From NCBI GenBank assembly GCA_003344405.1, contig NOWV01000023.1, positions 186,001 through 250,000 of the forward strand: a stretch of 64,000 nucleotides of DNA. The letters are read 5' to 3'. The number at the start of each line of letters is the position of its first letter. Position 1 is the stretch's first letter. Positions 1-14,828 of the stretch are shown in pieces. Source of the stretch: Trichoplax sp. H2 (taxonomy: Eukaryota). The translations under genes and the position numbers were made by a program. Under the pieces are notes generated by a model. It made no database searches. It saw only the letters and a list, made by a program, of their open reading frames with translations, and was not told the DNA's origin.

Positions 1-1015
1 TTCTGGCGTATATATACGCATCTACACATGTTTAAGAATGTCTATATATACTCGTACTTATACGTGTATATCAAACACTAGTTATCACTCTTATTTCTTT
101 ACCATTTATGAACTATTTTGAAAATAGGATACTCTAATTATAATATGAATATATTGATACACGCATGTAAACATTGGTGTGAGATAAGTAAAATTTGAAA
201 TACATCCCCTGTCTTTAGCATCCTTCAAACGTTCAAAAATCCCAATACTGCCAATTTAAATTCATGGCTCTACTTGGAATATCTAGATATCTATAATAGC
301 AATTAAAATGTCAAACTCCACTTAGCAAATTCTCTCTTATTTCAATAATCAATTCAATCCATTATAGCAATGAACAATACACGCATTTATTGAATGGAGA
401 TGACCATGGAAATAATAAATTTACCTAGCAATGATTGTATTGCAGCCAATCTCAACGAACAAAAAATTATTTAACTTTAATTGCAATACTTTCTGCTATG
501 CTTTTCGATGTATCAATTTTGTATCCAGCATTTCAGTCGTAGTTAAACTACGATTAAATCGATATTGAGGACAAAATATATTAAATTGAAATACTAGGCA
601 TCCTGCTTAACTTCTTGACGAATCAATTTTATGTTCAGCATCTCAATTGTGGTTAAACTTCAATCACATACTGATATTGATACAGTTATTCCCTCATTTT
701 TATCATCCTTTTATTGTATATACAGTACAGTATCAATAATATATTAATTTAGAATGATATTGTAAAAATCTTAAAATTAAAAACTAACCCTTTTCAGTAT
801 AGAGCTAATATTGCTCCTTAAACCTTATAGGAAAAACAAAGGGCTAAATTCTAAATGTATTGAGAGAGATATAATTCGACAAGTTATATTACATGATAAA
901 TATTTCTTGTAGATTTTACTTTATGTTTATCTATTAAATGCTATCAAATAATTAATATCAAATTAATCGATTATTAATAGCTTGCTATTACTAAACTCTT
1001 CATCACCTTTTTTAG

Positions 1016-4000
1016 GAAAAACAACCAAACAAACTGTGTGGTTACTTAAATAAACTAGGAGGTAAAATATACAAAACTGACTGTATCATCTCTTGCCGAT
1101 CTTATTCAACATTATTAGATAATATATTTGCCTTAGAAATTATTACAGTATGTTGAGACTGACTTTATAATAGACAACATAATTTCTAGCAAATAAAGGT
1201 TATCTTACATCATAGTGCTTTAAGAATCGGATAATGTGCATGGCCTATACGTTAAACTCAGTGTTTTTACCAGCATTTTTTACCTAGAACAGATTACGGA
1301 CTCATGATTTACTGGTATCAAATCGGTCACTATTTAAACTTATTATGGTATTCTGTTTTTTTATTGCATTATATGGTGAAATGAATCAAAATTAGCTAAA
1401 GGATTTAAATCTTGGAAAACAAGATGGTGAGTACAAATGATACCATGAATAAATAATGTATTACATATCTGCATGACTGGTAGGCATTACAATTTATAAA
1501 AATTTGATATTCGAGTGTAACAGACAAAAAATATTATAGTAATATTTATATCAGTAAATCCCTACCAAGATGGCAATGGACAAGATATACCCTGAATATA
1601 TATTAACTTTGCAAATTTTCTTTGTTTATTGATATTAGTGAGATAATCAGTCAAATTACACACATGTAACGCAGCACTCGTTATATTGCAATAGCATACC
1701 CATATAAAAATTAATCGCTAAACTTGTCATTAAACATTCCCATTACAATTTCATCACTGCCGCAGAATAAAAATGCATCGTTAAAATTACAGACAATGTT
1801 TAACCTTTGAGGATAAATATCAATATGCACATTTCAAGCATTGATTGTACTGTACTACTAAATTCATTATGCGCCTTGAAAGAAAGCTATTGTCGTAAAC
1901 GTTATTTCTTTTTGTTATTGTATACGAAGGTTTATCTACGATTCCAGGAGTTGTTGTCTATACTACTATCGAAGTCCTAACGACATGCTGGCTCTAGGGT
2001 AACTTTTATTCAACATGCTTGGTTCATTGTAACATTTAGAAGAGTATCTATGTATCTAAAATGTGTTCATCGGAAGTTTATAGCTAGTCAAGTAGACATA
2101 CCTAGTTGATTTTCAACTACTTTTGATATGGTTTTAATGCCAAGCTCTAAAGTATATCGAAGTCTCTCGCGCTGTACTATATATAGTTAAAAGTACCTGT
2201 TATCACACTGCAGCTTATCGCACTTTTAAATTATCAATAGCGTTCTCGTACATTATATTGCATAAATATACACTTGTGAGTGAAAATAATTTAAAAAGTA
2301 GAAAATAAACTAGATCTCAATTCTATTCTATTTTATCGGATCACACTAACACTTTTCCTTCTTGGATTATTGAACAGTACCATTTTAATTTTTGTTACGC
2401 AATGACTTTACAAAGCTGGCAAATCAATACATTGTACGATTAATTATTGATATAACTTAGTAATTACCATTTACACTCCAACAGCGTGGCATAGTTTTTA
2501 AATAGTAATGCGAATTGCGAACTATAGAAAAATCTTGTCAGAATTTATTCTGTACTATGTCTTATAGGTCCAATATTACAATCATTGCCATTTATTGCTT
2601 CTTAATTCTTTCATTACATTTATAGATCGATCAGTTTAGCTAACGCATCATTAACTTTTGATGTTGATACCGAAAAGAAAGGGCAATTCCAGATACGGTA
2701 CGGCATCTCACTAATTTATTCTATTTATTTATTTATATTATTTTTATTCTTATATATATTTACTAACTCAACGATATATTCTCTATCTAATATTTTACGA
2801 AATATGCACAGATCGGACGGTCGAATATACGTTTTAGAAGCACCTAGCCAGGAAGCAATGATGTTTTGGCTACAACAATTACAAACCAAGCGGCATGAGT
2901 ACAACGCAAAACTAGCGAATATGACTGACTTATCTCTAACGGTATCTCAGCAAGTTCTATCCGCAATCGCAAATATTATTTGCTTACATTGTTGTTATGT
3001 TTCTGATTTATTTAGAAACCGGCTACTGGTCTTCTAGGAGAAGAACCACTATCAAGTGAAGACCAATCTGCTACAAACCAATCAGGTAAAATCAAGCTTG
3101 TCTCACTTGTTTGTGCAAAATAACTTTATTAATCATCCGTTAACTAAAACCTAACATCTGCTAATTATCTAGCTGCATCTGATATACTTCCACATATACG
3201 GCCACCAGAATGCGTCGGGGAACAAACCGCTGACAAAGTATCAACTTCTGGCATATCAAACTGGTCTATAGCAAATATTACGACAGAAATCAGGAATCAT
3301 TTATCACATGGGTATAGTGTCTCAATATTAATAAGCAACCATATCGGTATTAAATTACAGTATATTTTATTAATCTCTTTGCATACCATAATTTTTATCG
3401 GTTTCATTTTAGCCGTGGAGATGGTAATTTGATACGACGTAAACAATCAATTGGTGATCGTTTCTCATCACCTGGTATATCACCAAATGCAAGCCCTTTG
3501 ATTACTGAAAAATCTCCATCAAACCACAGGAAATCCTCGCCTGAAGAATTTCCCGGAAAGGATTGCTCTGAAGTAGCCACTGAAGAGAAGTCATCAAAGT
3601 AATACAATGTCCATAACAAGAAAATATGTGTTAAAAATATAGATCATAATATATTTATGCATATAGTAGATAAGCGATCTGTTTATTTCCGCTTGTACTA
3701 AATTAGTCGGATGTTATTTATGGTTTTGTTTTATATAGGCAAGGATTTACAAATTACTTCAGACAGTAAGTTAATCGCTAGTATTCATACTTTAATAAAT
3801 TTTATTTCAATCAGCCAAAATTGACCGAAGTAAAATTTCACATTTGAACTGATAGCCCTCATCGTAGACGATCGCAGTCCAAACACGCGGCGAATAATCA
3901 ACCTCAAGAAGATCCTACTAAGTCTTTAAATAATCAATTACGTCAGGTAAGTAGTAAAAATATTACTTCTTTATTTATTCAATAAAATATTTATGATATA

Positions 4001-7000
4001 CCAATACATTGATTCCGTATATATGTAATTTATTAATATTTGCAAATCATAATTAAATTGGTACTTGACACACACTTGTAATAAAATCCATTACATGCCT
4101 TAATACTACCTTAATAGGCCACTTCCCCCACACATTCGACGAAGGAAGAAATAGATTCTAATGAAAAGTAAGCTTTATTTTAATTACTTTCAACATAACT
4201 AATATCGATCAAGCAAATATACTCTCATGTACCTTATAACCGACACAATATTGACCTATTAGTAACTGCTACTTCATTCTACTTCTTATCAGCGAAATCC
4301 AACAAAGAAATGACATTATTCAAACATTGGTTCAAGAAATCGAGTCAGTATTGTTGATCTAAGCTTTTGACTCTATACACCTCGTAATATGTTATTACTA
4401 CAGATGCAAAATTAAATTCACTTAATCCTACGACTGATATTCTTATCTGCTGAAAGTCTAACTTTAATTGTACTATTTCTAGTGCCCTAAAGATGCGTAT
4501 AAAGTGCTAGTAAGTTGGTGAAATGTTGTGATCTGTAGATGGTGCATTGCACAGCATGCTAGAGATTTATTTATGCATTCAAGTATGGCAATTATATTAC
4601 TATTTTGCAATTATATTTTGCTGTATTGTCTATAGTGAACAGTTTGTGTCGGGTAACTCAGATGAAAAGCAACTGTTGCGACTTTTTGAAAATCAACAGC
4701 GCATAAATGAACTTCAGTTAAATGTCAAGAAAGCACGCGAAGAAAAAGAAGATTCAGAATTTAAATTAAGGTTTAAGTCATATTCAATAGGCATTATTAA
4801 TATTGTAATTAATTTGATGTACTCTTTATTAAAGTCGTCTTTAGTCGATTAAAATTAGAGAATATTTTGTAAATAGAGTTACCGAGGCAGAGATGAAAAG
4901 TTTAAATGATGAAATCAGTTTAGTTAAAGAAGTTCTGGAAGCTAAAGACCAAGTTGTAGTATCGCTAACGGAAAAGGTAAATTCTATTGGCAATAATTAT
5001 TAAAAATTATTATTTTAACTTTTGATTTAAGCTTGAATTTCTTCATTCGCAATAGCTGCATCAATATGAGAATGCACCGCTAGTACTAACGGGGTAAGAT
5101 ACACACAGGATTATCGGTTCTGTAACAGCAAAATTGATTCAATAATAATTTTTTGTTTTATCTTAGCGATGGAGCACACCCACAACCTATCGTTGAAAAC
5201 AACTATTTCCTATGGAGGGTAATAAATAGCTATATAATACCAATGCTTTAATCCTCTATAGCTATGCTTTACCGTACGTATTAACCATACCTAGGAAAAG
5301 TGCGCTGCGTTTGAAATTCAAAATAAGTTTTTAAATAGTGAAATAATTGGACTAAATGAAATTCAAATTGCTCGCGAAAAACGAACTAAACAATTGGAGA
5401 GGTATGTTAACTTAATCACAGACGTTATAAATTTACAATTTTTTCAATAAGAACATTTCAACCAACATTGCTATTTGGCTTTGCTAAACAGTAAGCTAGC
5501 CGCACTTACAGCAAGACATTGTCAAATTCAAAGAAAATATATGATGTTTCTTAAAAATCTGAGTGTTTCTAATGAAGGTAAATTTTATTAATTTGATTTT
5601 GAATACGAAAGCATTATGCTGATGAATTTAATGATGCAATGATTTTTCTTTGGAAAACTAGAGTCTAAGCAGCTAGTAGATCAATTAATCAAGGAAGCTG
5701 CGGAATCTGACAGTCCTAGTAACAATAGCCTTGAAAAGTAAGATAGCTACTCCATATGCATTGTTGTAAATAACTCCACAGACATAAGAATAACAGGAAA
5801 CACTAAATACCAATAATTTTTTGATTTATGCTTAAAATCCTTTTTCCTAAACTGTAGGCAATATGATATGTTTGGATTTCTTAAGAATGTTGATGATGAT
5901 AACGCCTTAGAAAAATATACCTCACAATTAAGTTATTATCAGCAGACAATGGAGGTCTTTGATCTAGTATAACTAATCATATAGTAGCTAATTAGGATAA
6001 GGATTACCTTTGAGATAAAAATATTTGAGTACTGTTGTTAATTTAAACAGAATGAAGTTAGTGGTGTTGATGTTGCAATAGCGAAAAAATGGGAAACAGT
6101 AATGGTATCACTAGGTGGCAAATCTTTACCATTAACGGTAAGTAACCTAGTTAAAGACAACAACAGCATCATTGTTATTAAAATGTACGAATATTAGGTT
6201 GATTATCGTTGTTAACATGGAACGAATTAATTTTGAGCTGAATTAAATTCCTATGATATCTTAATCATACAGCCAGAAATTAAATCTCTCATTCGAGCTG
6301 GTGTTCCTCATGAATTTCGCAGTAAAGTTTGGTCAAGGTAAGTTGTATCGGCTTTAAGCATGTATAGCCAAGGTATACATCAATTGAACGTATTCAATTA
6401 TGAAAGAGTTTTTTAACTGAAAATTAATTATGTTTACATACTTGTAGTTGCGTTCATCGTAGGGTTGCAAAATTTCGAAAATCAATGGTATGTAGAAATA
6501 AATATGTCTTGACTCTAGTAATTTTCAACGAGATATTTTTAAATGTCTTTGTTTCCTACTTTTGGGACTCTATTGAAAGCATTTAATCACCTAATATTGT
6601 ACGTACTTCTGTTATAGGTAACAGATTACTACTGGCGTTTGGTAAATGCTGATGTAAGTATGCCATTAATGAAAGTGAAATCATATATAGTAGAACTTAC
6701 TTTGTTTTGTATCAACACATATTAACTGCAAAAACCTTTTATGTTACTTACGGAATCAGTACTTGTAGCATATTACATAAATGCATAAAATAGGATAGAG
6801 ATTCCGACTGACAGGACTTTATCACCGCAATACTGCGTTTCCATATATGCTATATCTAATAGAAGTCATTATAATTGTCAACTACATCGAACAAATCTGG
6901 CAGCTTCCAGATTTAGAATTTTAATTTACCCTTAGTATCAAGAATTTATTTATGGCTACGCTTATAAATGATATCTGTCATTTTATAACTCTACGTATAA

Positions 7001-9055
7001 TTTTAAAGACTTACTGCCATCATTTAGTCATTAATAAACCTACGCGTGTACCAAATCTAGAAGGTGCACATTTATCAGTGCATTGACTAATATACATATC
7101 AAAAGATACACTTATCGTGTACATTCCAGAATTATCTAATCTTCCACAGCATCCAAAATTACTGTCATATATATATTAGTATGACTACATGTATTTCAAT
7201 CCATTATTATCCATGGCTAAACTGTCGTAAAAGTATGTTTCATTTTTCCGTCTAGACAAACTCTTATTCTCTAGCTATTAATCAAATTGAAATGGATCTA
7301 CTTCGGACCCTACCGAACAATAAATTCTACGATAGCCGCAGCGCAGAAGGAGTACGTGAATTCTGCATTTGAATACTCTACTATGAACGATAAATAAATT
7401 TAATCTAGAGTTTTTTCATGATTATATTTGAGATTTGCTTACTGTATAGCAAGTCGCGATATAATTTTGATTACATACTTAAAAAGGCTACTTGTCTTTA
7501 TGCCTATAAGCGCTTCAGAATATTAGTATAACCCAAGTAGTCTTATCAAGATATAGAAATTAATGCTATGTAATGTCTTACCTGATAAAATTTTGCTCTC
7601 CTCAAATAGATAATCAAGTTACGCCGAATACTCTGCGCTTATAGTAGACACAATCCTGATATTGGTTACTGCCAGGTTTTAACATCTTTGTTATTAAGTA
7701 ACGTTGCCGAATTTGTATCGACCTATTGACAATTAATCAGCAAATCATAAATAACATCTAGGGTATGAATCGACTAGCGGCTGTAGCCCTACTGTATCTT
7801 TCAGAAGAAGAAGCATTCTGGTTTGTAAATAATTTTCTTTTATCTCTCTAAAGACTAATTAACATACGAATTATTATGTGGCATAATGCAATAGGTGTCT
7901 TATAGCAATTATCGATTTTATCATGCCTACGGAGTACTACGCAAATTCTATGCTAGCTGCACAAGCTGATCAGGTTAGAGCTAATCTTATCCTAATAGAT
8001 TTTTGTTTCTCTATTGGCTTTTAATAACTAGTTATCGGTAACTTAAATGACTTACGCCTGACAAAAATTTTATGCGTTCCTTAGCGAGTTCTGCAAGAAC
8101 TACTAACTGAAAAGTTACCAAGACTTGCTGCTCACTTTAATCAACATGGGTTTGTTTAATTTGTTGGAACAGTTCGTCGATTATCTTTAATCATCAGTCA
8201 TTATCGACAACTTTCATGTATAAACATGAACAATGCATATATTAAAATGATCGGCTTCATTTTCTTAGGATTGAACTTACTTATATCACGCTTCAGTGGT
8301 TTCTAACGGTGTATATCGACAATATCCCGATACAGGTAAAGCTTCTACAACTCTTTTTTAATTGTAAAAGTTATGACTTTTGTAGGCAGTTTATATATAG
8401 TAATGCAACTAAAATACTTGTAGCATACTCAGCAAGTATCTATATTTTGTCACGGCGACTATTAAACGTTTATACACTTACGCTTAATATTATAGACCGT
8501 ATTTCGAATATGGGATTGTTTCCTCTATGAAGGCGACAAGGTAAAACACTCTAGCTGTTATCTAAAATAGTCAAGACCTGGCATTTACTGATAATTTTAT
8601 TGTTTTGCTCTAATTGTGGGTTATTTTTTATTTACTTCTTGCCAGATCTTATTTCGATTCGCTGTCGCGATTTTCAAAATATTTGAAGAACATTTCTTAC
8701 ATTTAGACAGTTCAACAGAAATTTTAACTGCATCAAGTGAGATGTCCAGTAAATTATGGGATGTGAATAAGCTGATGCATGTATGTTTTATTTCGAACAT
8801 TAACTTTACACTACAGTATAAGCACTTATATTTTATGGTTCTGTGTACTAATTTTTGTCATTGCAAATCTTGATTTAGGCTGCCTTCTTCGAAATCAATC
8901 CGTTTCCTATGAATGCTATTACCAATAAGCGTGTAAAACACATAGCTAAACTAAAGGTTGAACTTATGGAATTAGAGAAAGGGCGCATCGAAAGAGTCGA
9001 CTCACGCACCGCAAAACGTCCTGTAGATCAATACCTAAGCGATGAAGAATCATAA
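1016..9055 (+). CDS. TBC1D2: TBC1D2/TBC1D2B-like Rab GTPase-activating protein (PH domain, coiled coil, TBC domain); multi-exon, start codon not identified
   Basis: Spliced translation gives PH segments KLCGYLNKLG / KGFKSWKTRW / FIYDSRSCCLYYY / GRIYVLEAPSQEAMMFWLQQLQ and TBC motifs IRAGVPHEFRSKVW, QIEMDLLRTLP (R-finger), YSRHNPDIGYCQ-GMN (Q-finger) and EEEAFW; last exon ends ...YLSDEES with TAA at 9053-9055. Canonical GT-AG introns. Confidence 0.9.
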
Positions 9056-11258
9056 AATTAAAAAAGAATGGTGTGTATAACACATACGAGTATATGAAAG
9101 CCAACCATACAATCAACAGCTCGCCTGCGGTACCATGATAAAGTGATATTTTTAAATCTAGAAGTTGTGTAAGGAATCATATCACTAAACAGTTGTAATT
9201 CTAATAAAGCTTAAGCGTATCTGGAATATGAAACTTTGAAATACCATATTACGCTATTAAATATAAGCAGACTTTTGGTAATAGCATATTTCAATTTTAA
9301 TCGTACTTGATAGAAAAATAGAAATCATGACAAGTGACTTCGAAATGCACATCGATATTTCTTATACTATTACTCCGGAACCACTATTAATTATGCATAT
9401 CATGCTATTATATTCAAATCAACTGTAAATTAGAATCAAAGTGCCAAATTCTAGTTTATTTTTTTATTAAACTAGCTCTTGTAATCTTAATTCCATTCGA
9501 CAATGAATGATATTATCTATGTATCTTTTATGATATTGTATGATATTGCTATACTAAGCTATTGTTAATGTTGACTCCATATGTTATACCAAAAATAATC
9601 CCCAAATTTTGATCGTAATCATTACTCATAAAAGTAACCTTCCAATAAAGTATAAGTCAGCATCGGTTAAGACGTACAGCTAGATGCGAGTGTGCAAGAT
9701 CAGTTTGTATAATAGTAATAGTAAAGCTTCTCATTAAGTAAAAACGCTAGGTGCTAGTATTAGATCTCCTATCATTGTACTGTATTTGTAACCAATTTTT
9801 TGCTATAATCGCGAGTACAAGAGATAAAGTAGTAATTACGTTTACGCTAGTTGTACTTCAACTAGAAGTCATAGCAATTTATCCAAAATAAAATGTCTGA
9901 GCCATGTATTAAAACTAAGCAAAATATTTTGCTTAAATACTATGTAATCGATCTGCGTTTACAATTACATCCAGGGACTACCCTGTTACATCTATGTTGA
10001 GATCAAAAATTTAAATTTTTAATAAATTTCGGTTAAAACCAACGTTAAATATTAACGAATCAATTATATTTACCATACATCAATCTATAATAAAATATAA
10101 AATACGCACTTGAAAATAGCTGCAAATTGTGAAGTATACTAGTCTAAATCTTATGTAACCAAAAAATTATTTTGATAGCCAGCAAAATGTGATAGATGCT
10201 GCATAAGTATACATAAATTTATTGTGCAATTTTATTATTTGTACGAGAGCGAAATCTCAATTTCTTATTCATTTATCTATTCTATACCAATCTGAGCGAT
10301 ATATGTGTAGTTCATACTTGTCAATTTATTTTTACTACGTATGCGAGATAATCTTATAATCACGTACATCAATGACAATGACTAATGGTACAGCAATAAT
10401 TCAATAGTCCATCATTTATGTTTTGTAATATTTTTATACGCTTATCCCTAAACTTGTTGATTATCAAAATATCTTAGCAATATTAAATTTCTTCATATAT
10501 TAGTCAGGATGGATGTCGAAAAATTTTTTTTTAAGTTAATAGTTCAGAGATCTTTACGATTTATCTGTTAAAAATCCCTATAGACCTCGATATAATGCAT
10601 GGAGTAAAACTGCTGTAGACGACCTCCTTCAGAAAAAGGCATGTGCCGGAAATTTTACGATTTATCGAGGAGTGAATTCCGACGCAATACATAAGTCATG
10701 GATTGCAATTTTCATAAAAACTTAAGCTACTACTAACAATAAAAATTATGCAATCCTATTGATTGTGTACTGCAAAAATAACTATTCAGAGTTATTCCCA
10801 ATTGTATTTCCTCAAATATACAATGAACTCCAGTAAGAAATCTTCGCGAGCAAATTAGAATGTATATTTTGGATTGATGATTGTGCACAATCCTAAAACC
10901 TAACGGTTAAAAAGCATCAAGATGATAATTCATAATGTACAAGGAATAATTAAGTACAAATGATGATCGTCGGGTATACCAATTTGTCAACATTACTTTT
11001 TTACCTCGGTATATCTTTCTTGACTCATAAAGGCAGAGACATATGCACATATAAATCGCACGAAATGAATTTGATTACAACTTAAGAAACTCAAGTAAAA
11101 TAACGGCTTGATATATAACAAATATTGATTATGAGAATCTGGTGCATCTTAATGAGTGTTACGATAAAACGAAGATAAGCCAGTAGGCCATAAAATCTAA
11201 TCATCTCCGTAGTCATTACACGCCGTACGTACGTATAAATATTTCTAATAATTAATTT

Positions 11259-14200
11259 CTAAAAATGGTAATACGCTATATATAACGTTCGAAATACGTA
11301 GGCATGTAACAGAGAGACTATAAGCCCAATAAGGACCCAATATCTCAAAGGTAGTCTGAACAGACCATCGTCATGAATTTTCCGGATATTAACTGGAAAA
11401 AAGTGACGGATTAGGTGACGGATTAGATTAGTATCAAGTAGGTCTACCCTAAAATTTAATCAAGGAAAAAATTTAATCTACCTGGTGCTGCCTTTCTAGA
11501 TCCTATAGAATTATTAAGCTGGGTATGTAACTTCATTAGAATGGATTGGTGATTTGACAAGTACATAGCATTCTTTAGCAGATGTTGTGGATAGAGAAAC
11601 TTACTGGACCTATAAATTTTGTAACAAAGCCTATATAACTTAAGAACCAGCTAATAAATTAGATACTGTATCAACACCTTACGAAAGCTAAGCTTCAGTA
11701 GCTTACCCTATCAAATCAATTGACGAACATGAAGCATCACATGCAAATAATGGATGTTTTCTTTCACTCAAGAAAGAGGAAACTTCAATAAATTTTCCTT
11801 TTACGACATTAACATCAACGTAACTTCCATTGTAGTACAAATTTTCAAGGTAAACATCATCTTTTAACTTGATGATAGATTTCATTGGTAATTGTAGCTG
11901 ATTTGAAGCGAACTTCAAACCAATGAGGCTTAATAACATACCCAAATTAAAACTTGGTAGGCCTAATTAATTATAATTAATTATGATACATTTTAATGGT
12001 TGATCAACTTTCAGCTAGAAGCTGTATAAAGTAAAGAATGCTAATGAATTATTGCCATCAATGAATTGTTTCCCAAGAATATCAACAACAAAAGGAGGTA
12101 GTAACACTTCATTTTACTCTAGATATAAACAAATACCTCGATTAAAAAATTGATCACAACCACCCTTCCGCAGTGCATACCGCCACGCCTTAAATAATTT
12201 TTTTAATCGCGGCATATTCGTCAACGAATACGGCCATAACTTCTCATTATACCTAAACAGTAACAAATGTTAATAAAATAGGGGCTAAATTCAGATTATA
12301 ACTAGAGCATAGATCTACAAACTTTTGCAAATCCTTAGATTGTCGCTAAATCATAATCGGTTTCTTTAATATGATATCATACTAACATGGTCATCGGAGC
12401 ATCGTAACAGGTATAATTTAGTGAGTTTTTCCAAGCCAAATCTAATTGAGAGACAAATGCTCGGCGATGGAATGTATTGTTGTTATTGTTGCCATCAAGA
12501 GAGTACATCGACAGTAAATAGTATCTAATAGTTTTTTTTGCCATTTTATTACGATGATTTCCGATGCCATTAAATGAAGTCACCGCTAATCTTGGATGCC
12601 ATATCTAAATTAACAGTCAGATAGAATTAATACAGTGGTGTAATTAAAATAGTATCGTATTTTGATTATGAATTAAAATAAATAAATAAAGTAGAAAAGA
12701 AAAGCCACAAATTGATATCTAACTACAAACAGGGCAGTAATCGTTCACCTGACGCCAAGCAGCAGAATGATCTTTACTTAATCGGGATGTATCTTTTATT
12801 GCTTGGTACAATTGCTGTATCATAAAATAGAAATTTAATATTTGATTGATCTACTGTAATATTAGAAGACGAAAATAAACAATAGTTTATTTATTTTAAC
12901 TAACCTGTTGAGATAATGTTTGAGCAGTGTGCGATCTGTTTCCTTTCAAGATATGAAAAGCCGTGATGGTATCACCTGATTCAAAGCTAGTAAAATAGTA
13001 GAGCAGTACAGCAATTCACAGCTTTTTTTAATTTCTAGTATTCTGGTATTGCGCGCAAAGGCTACATCCTCCTAATATCTATATATTTACATTACAAATT
13101 ATACAGTAGTATTACCTCTGACTAAGAATATGAAGCGTTGCTGGTAAAGGCAGTTCTGCAACACCACAAACACCAGCGTAGACGTTACTCTGATAAAGCT
13201 GAAAAGCTCCAGTAAATATTAACTGATCTTTATCTGACGCTTTTTGATTAATATTCGGCACTATCAAACTGGCACTACAAAATCAACCCGACGTTAACTT
13301 AATTTTTGTGATTCTATCAACACCATCTATAGTATATTTACATAAATTATTAGACTCGAATACGAAATTTTGACAAATAATTATTCAAAACGTTAGCCTT
13401 ACAATCATACATTTTAGGAAGCACTTACTCAACAGAATGGCGTTTTAATTTTCGCTTATTTTTGTAGATTCTTGAAAGCGTCATAACTGCAGGTTGTGGT
13501 AGCGAGTTAGATATATGGTAATGTTGAATAATCACTTGATTTGTACGATGTACGACGATAGATTGTTGAATCAGTACACACCCAGCACCCTATTCAGCAG
13601 TATAAAGACAGAATTTATAAAGTCCAATTTGTATACGTATACGCGTACATTAGTGGATATTCAAGGTGCTTCAACAATGTCATTTTATTCATTCTCACTT
13701 ATTCGTAACTATAATATCTACTAATTGATTGTGATAATAATATTGTTACGGGCAAATTTGTATTGTTACCGTTTCGTAAGAAGAAAATCGGTATAGTTTT
13801 CCCTCCTCTAGATTTATGATGCATATTTCTAGAAACGTACTCAAAAGAATTAATAGGTGTAGCAGCTAGTAAATAAAATAGTTAAGATAGCTCTAACCAA
13901 ATCTAACACTGAATCTTAAATTGCATACTACAAGAATTGCAAATTCATTTAGGTACCTTCCGATTTTAAAGAAATGTTATCAACAGATACATTGAAATGG
14001 ATAATAGGACTATAAGGTAAATCAATAGCCAAGTGATCATGACCGATAGTGATTGCCGTATGGAATTGTTTCTTTTTATAGTAGACGCTAAGTTTTCCAT
14101 TCCCTGGAAGTAAGTTATTCAATATGAAAACAGTCACCAGCATTTGCTTTATAGAACTATTGCTAAGACGAAAAGCAGCGGGCTAAGTGAAAATCACCAG

Positions 14201-14828
14201 ACTGGTGTGCTACAGTACCTGCATAAGGAAAATATTGATGGCTGGCTGATTTCGGATTATAGATTATATAGTTTTCAAACTTAAGCTTCGCTATAAACTT
14301 GTTAACACTATCATCTAAACATGTTGATTCTAATTTAAGATTGAAAAAAATTGAAAAGAATTATTAGCATTTAAGCAAAGTGAAAAGTTATCAATTTATT
14401 CTTTCAAAATTTTACGTAAATCAAGACGTTAGATAATGACGTACAGCATCTAGTGTCTTACCTGATAATAGCAAGGTCTCGGTATCTTTAAACCATGGAA
14501 TATCGTTAATGTAGAAAACTAGCATTCCTATCAGGATAACTGCTAGTATTGCTACGCGAATATACCTATAATTATATAATTGTATTTTTTTATTATCATA
14601 ACCGCTGCAGTTTGGCAGTAACAAAAACGTAATTTTTAAGTGCTACGATACTAACGAAAACTACAATTCTCGACTTGAAAAGTTTATAAACAAGCCATAT
14701 GAAATTATATGACAGATAAGATCTATCTTCAACAACATCTTAGAATATAACTCATCCACATTGATTTTTTTTCAATGTTTAAAGTGCTACCGCAAAAAGA
14801 AATGCAGACAGCTGTAATAAATTTCCAT
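11259..14828 (-). CDS. KIAA2013: KIAA2013-like (DUF2152-type) membrane protein; multi-exon, start tentative
   Basis: Minus-strand exons give an N-terminal TM (IRVAILAVILIGMLVFYI), IRYYLLS, KLWPYSLTNMPRLKKLFKAWRYALRKGGC, GMLLSLIGLKF, LFACDASC and a C-terminal TM LPLRYWVLIGLIVSLLHAYVFRTLYIAYYHF*. These resemble KIAA2013 as I recall it (LWP...W..TLQKRGC, GMVLSFGGLQF, YACKAGC, LPFLFW...LFH.FLFKLIYNEY). The ATG at 14828 was chosen only by splice-phase compatibility. Confidence 0.8.
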
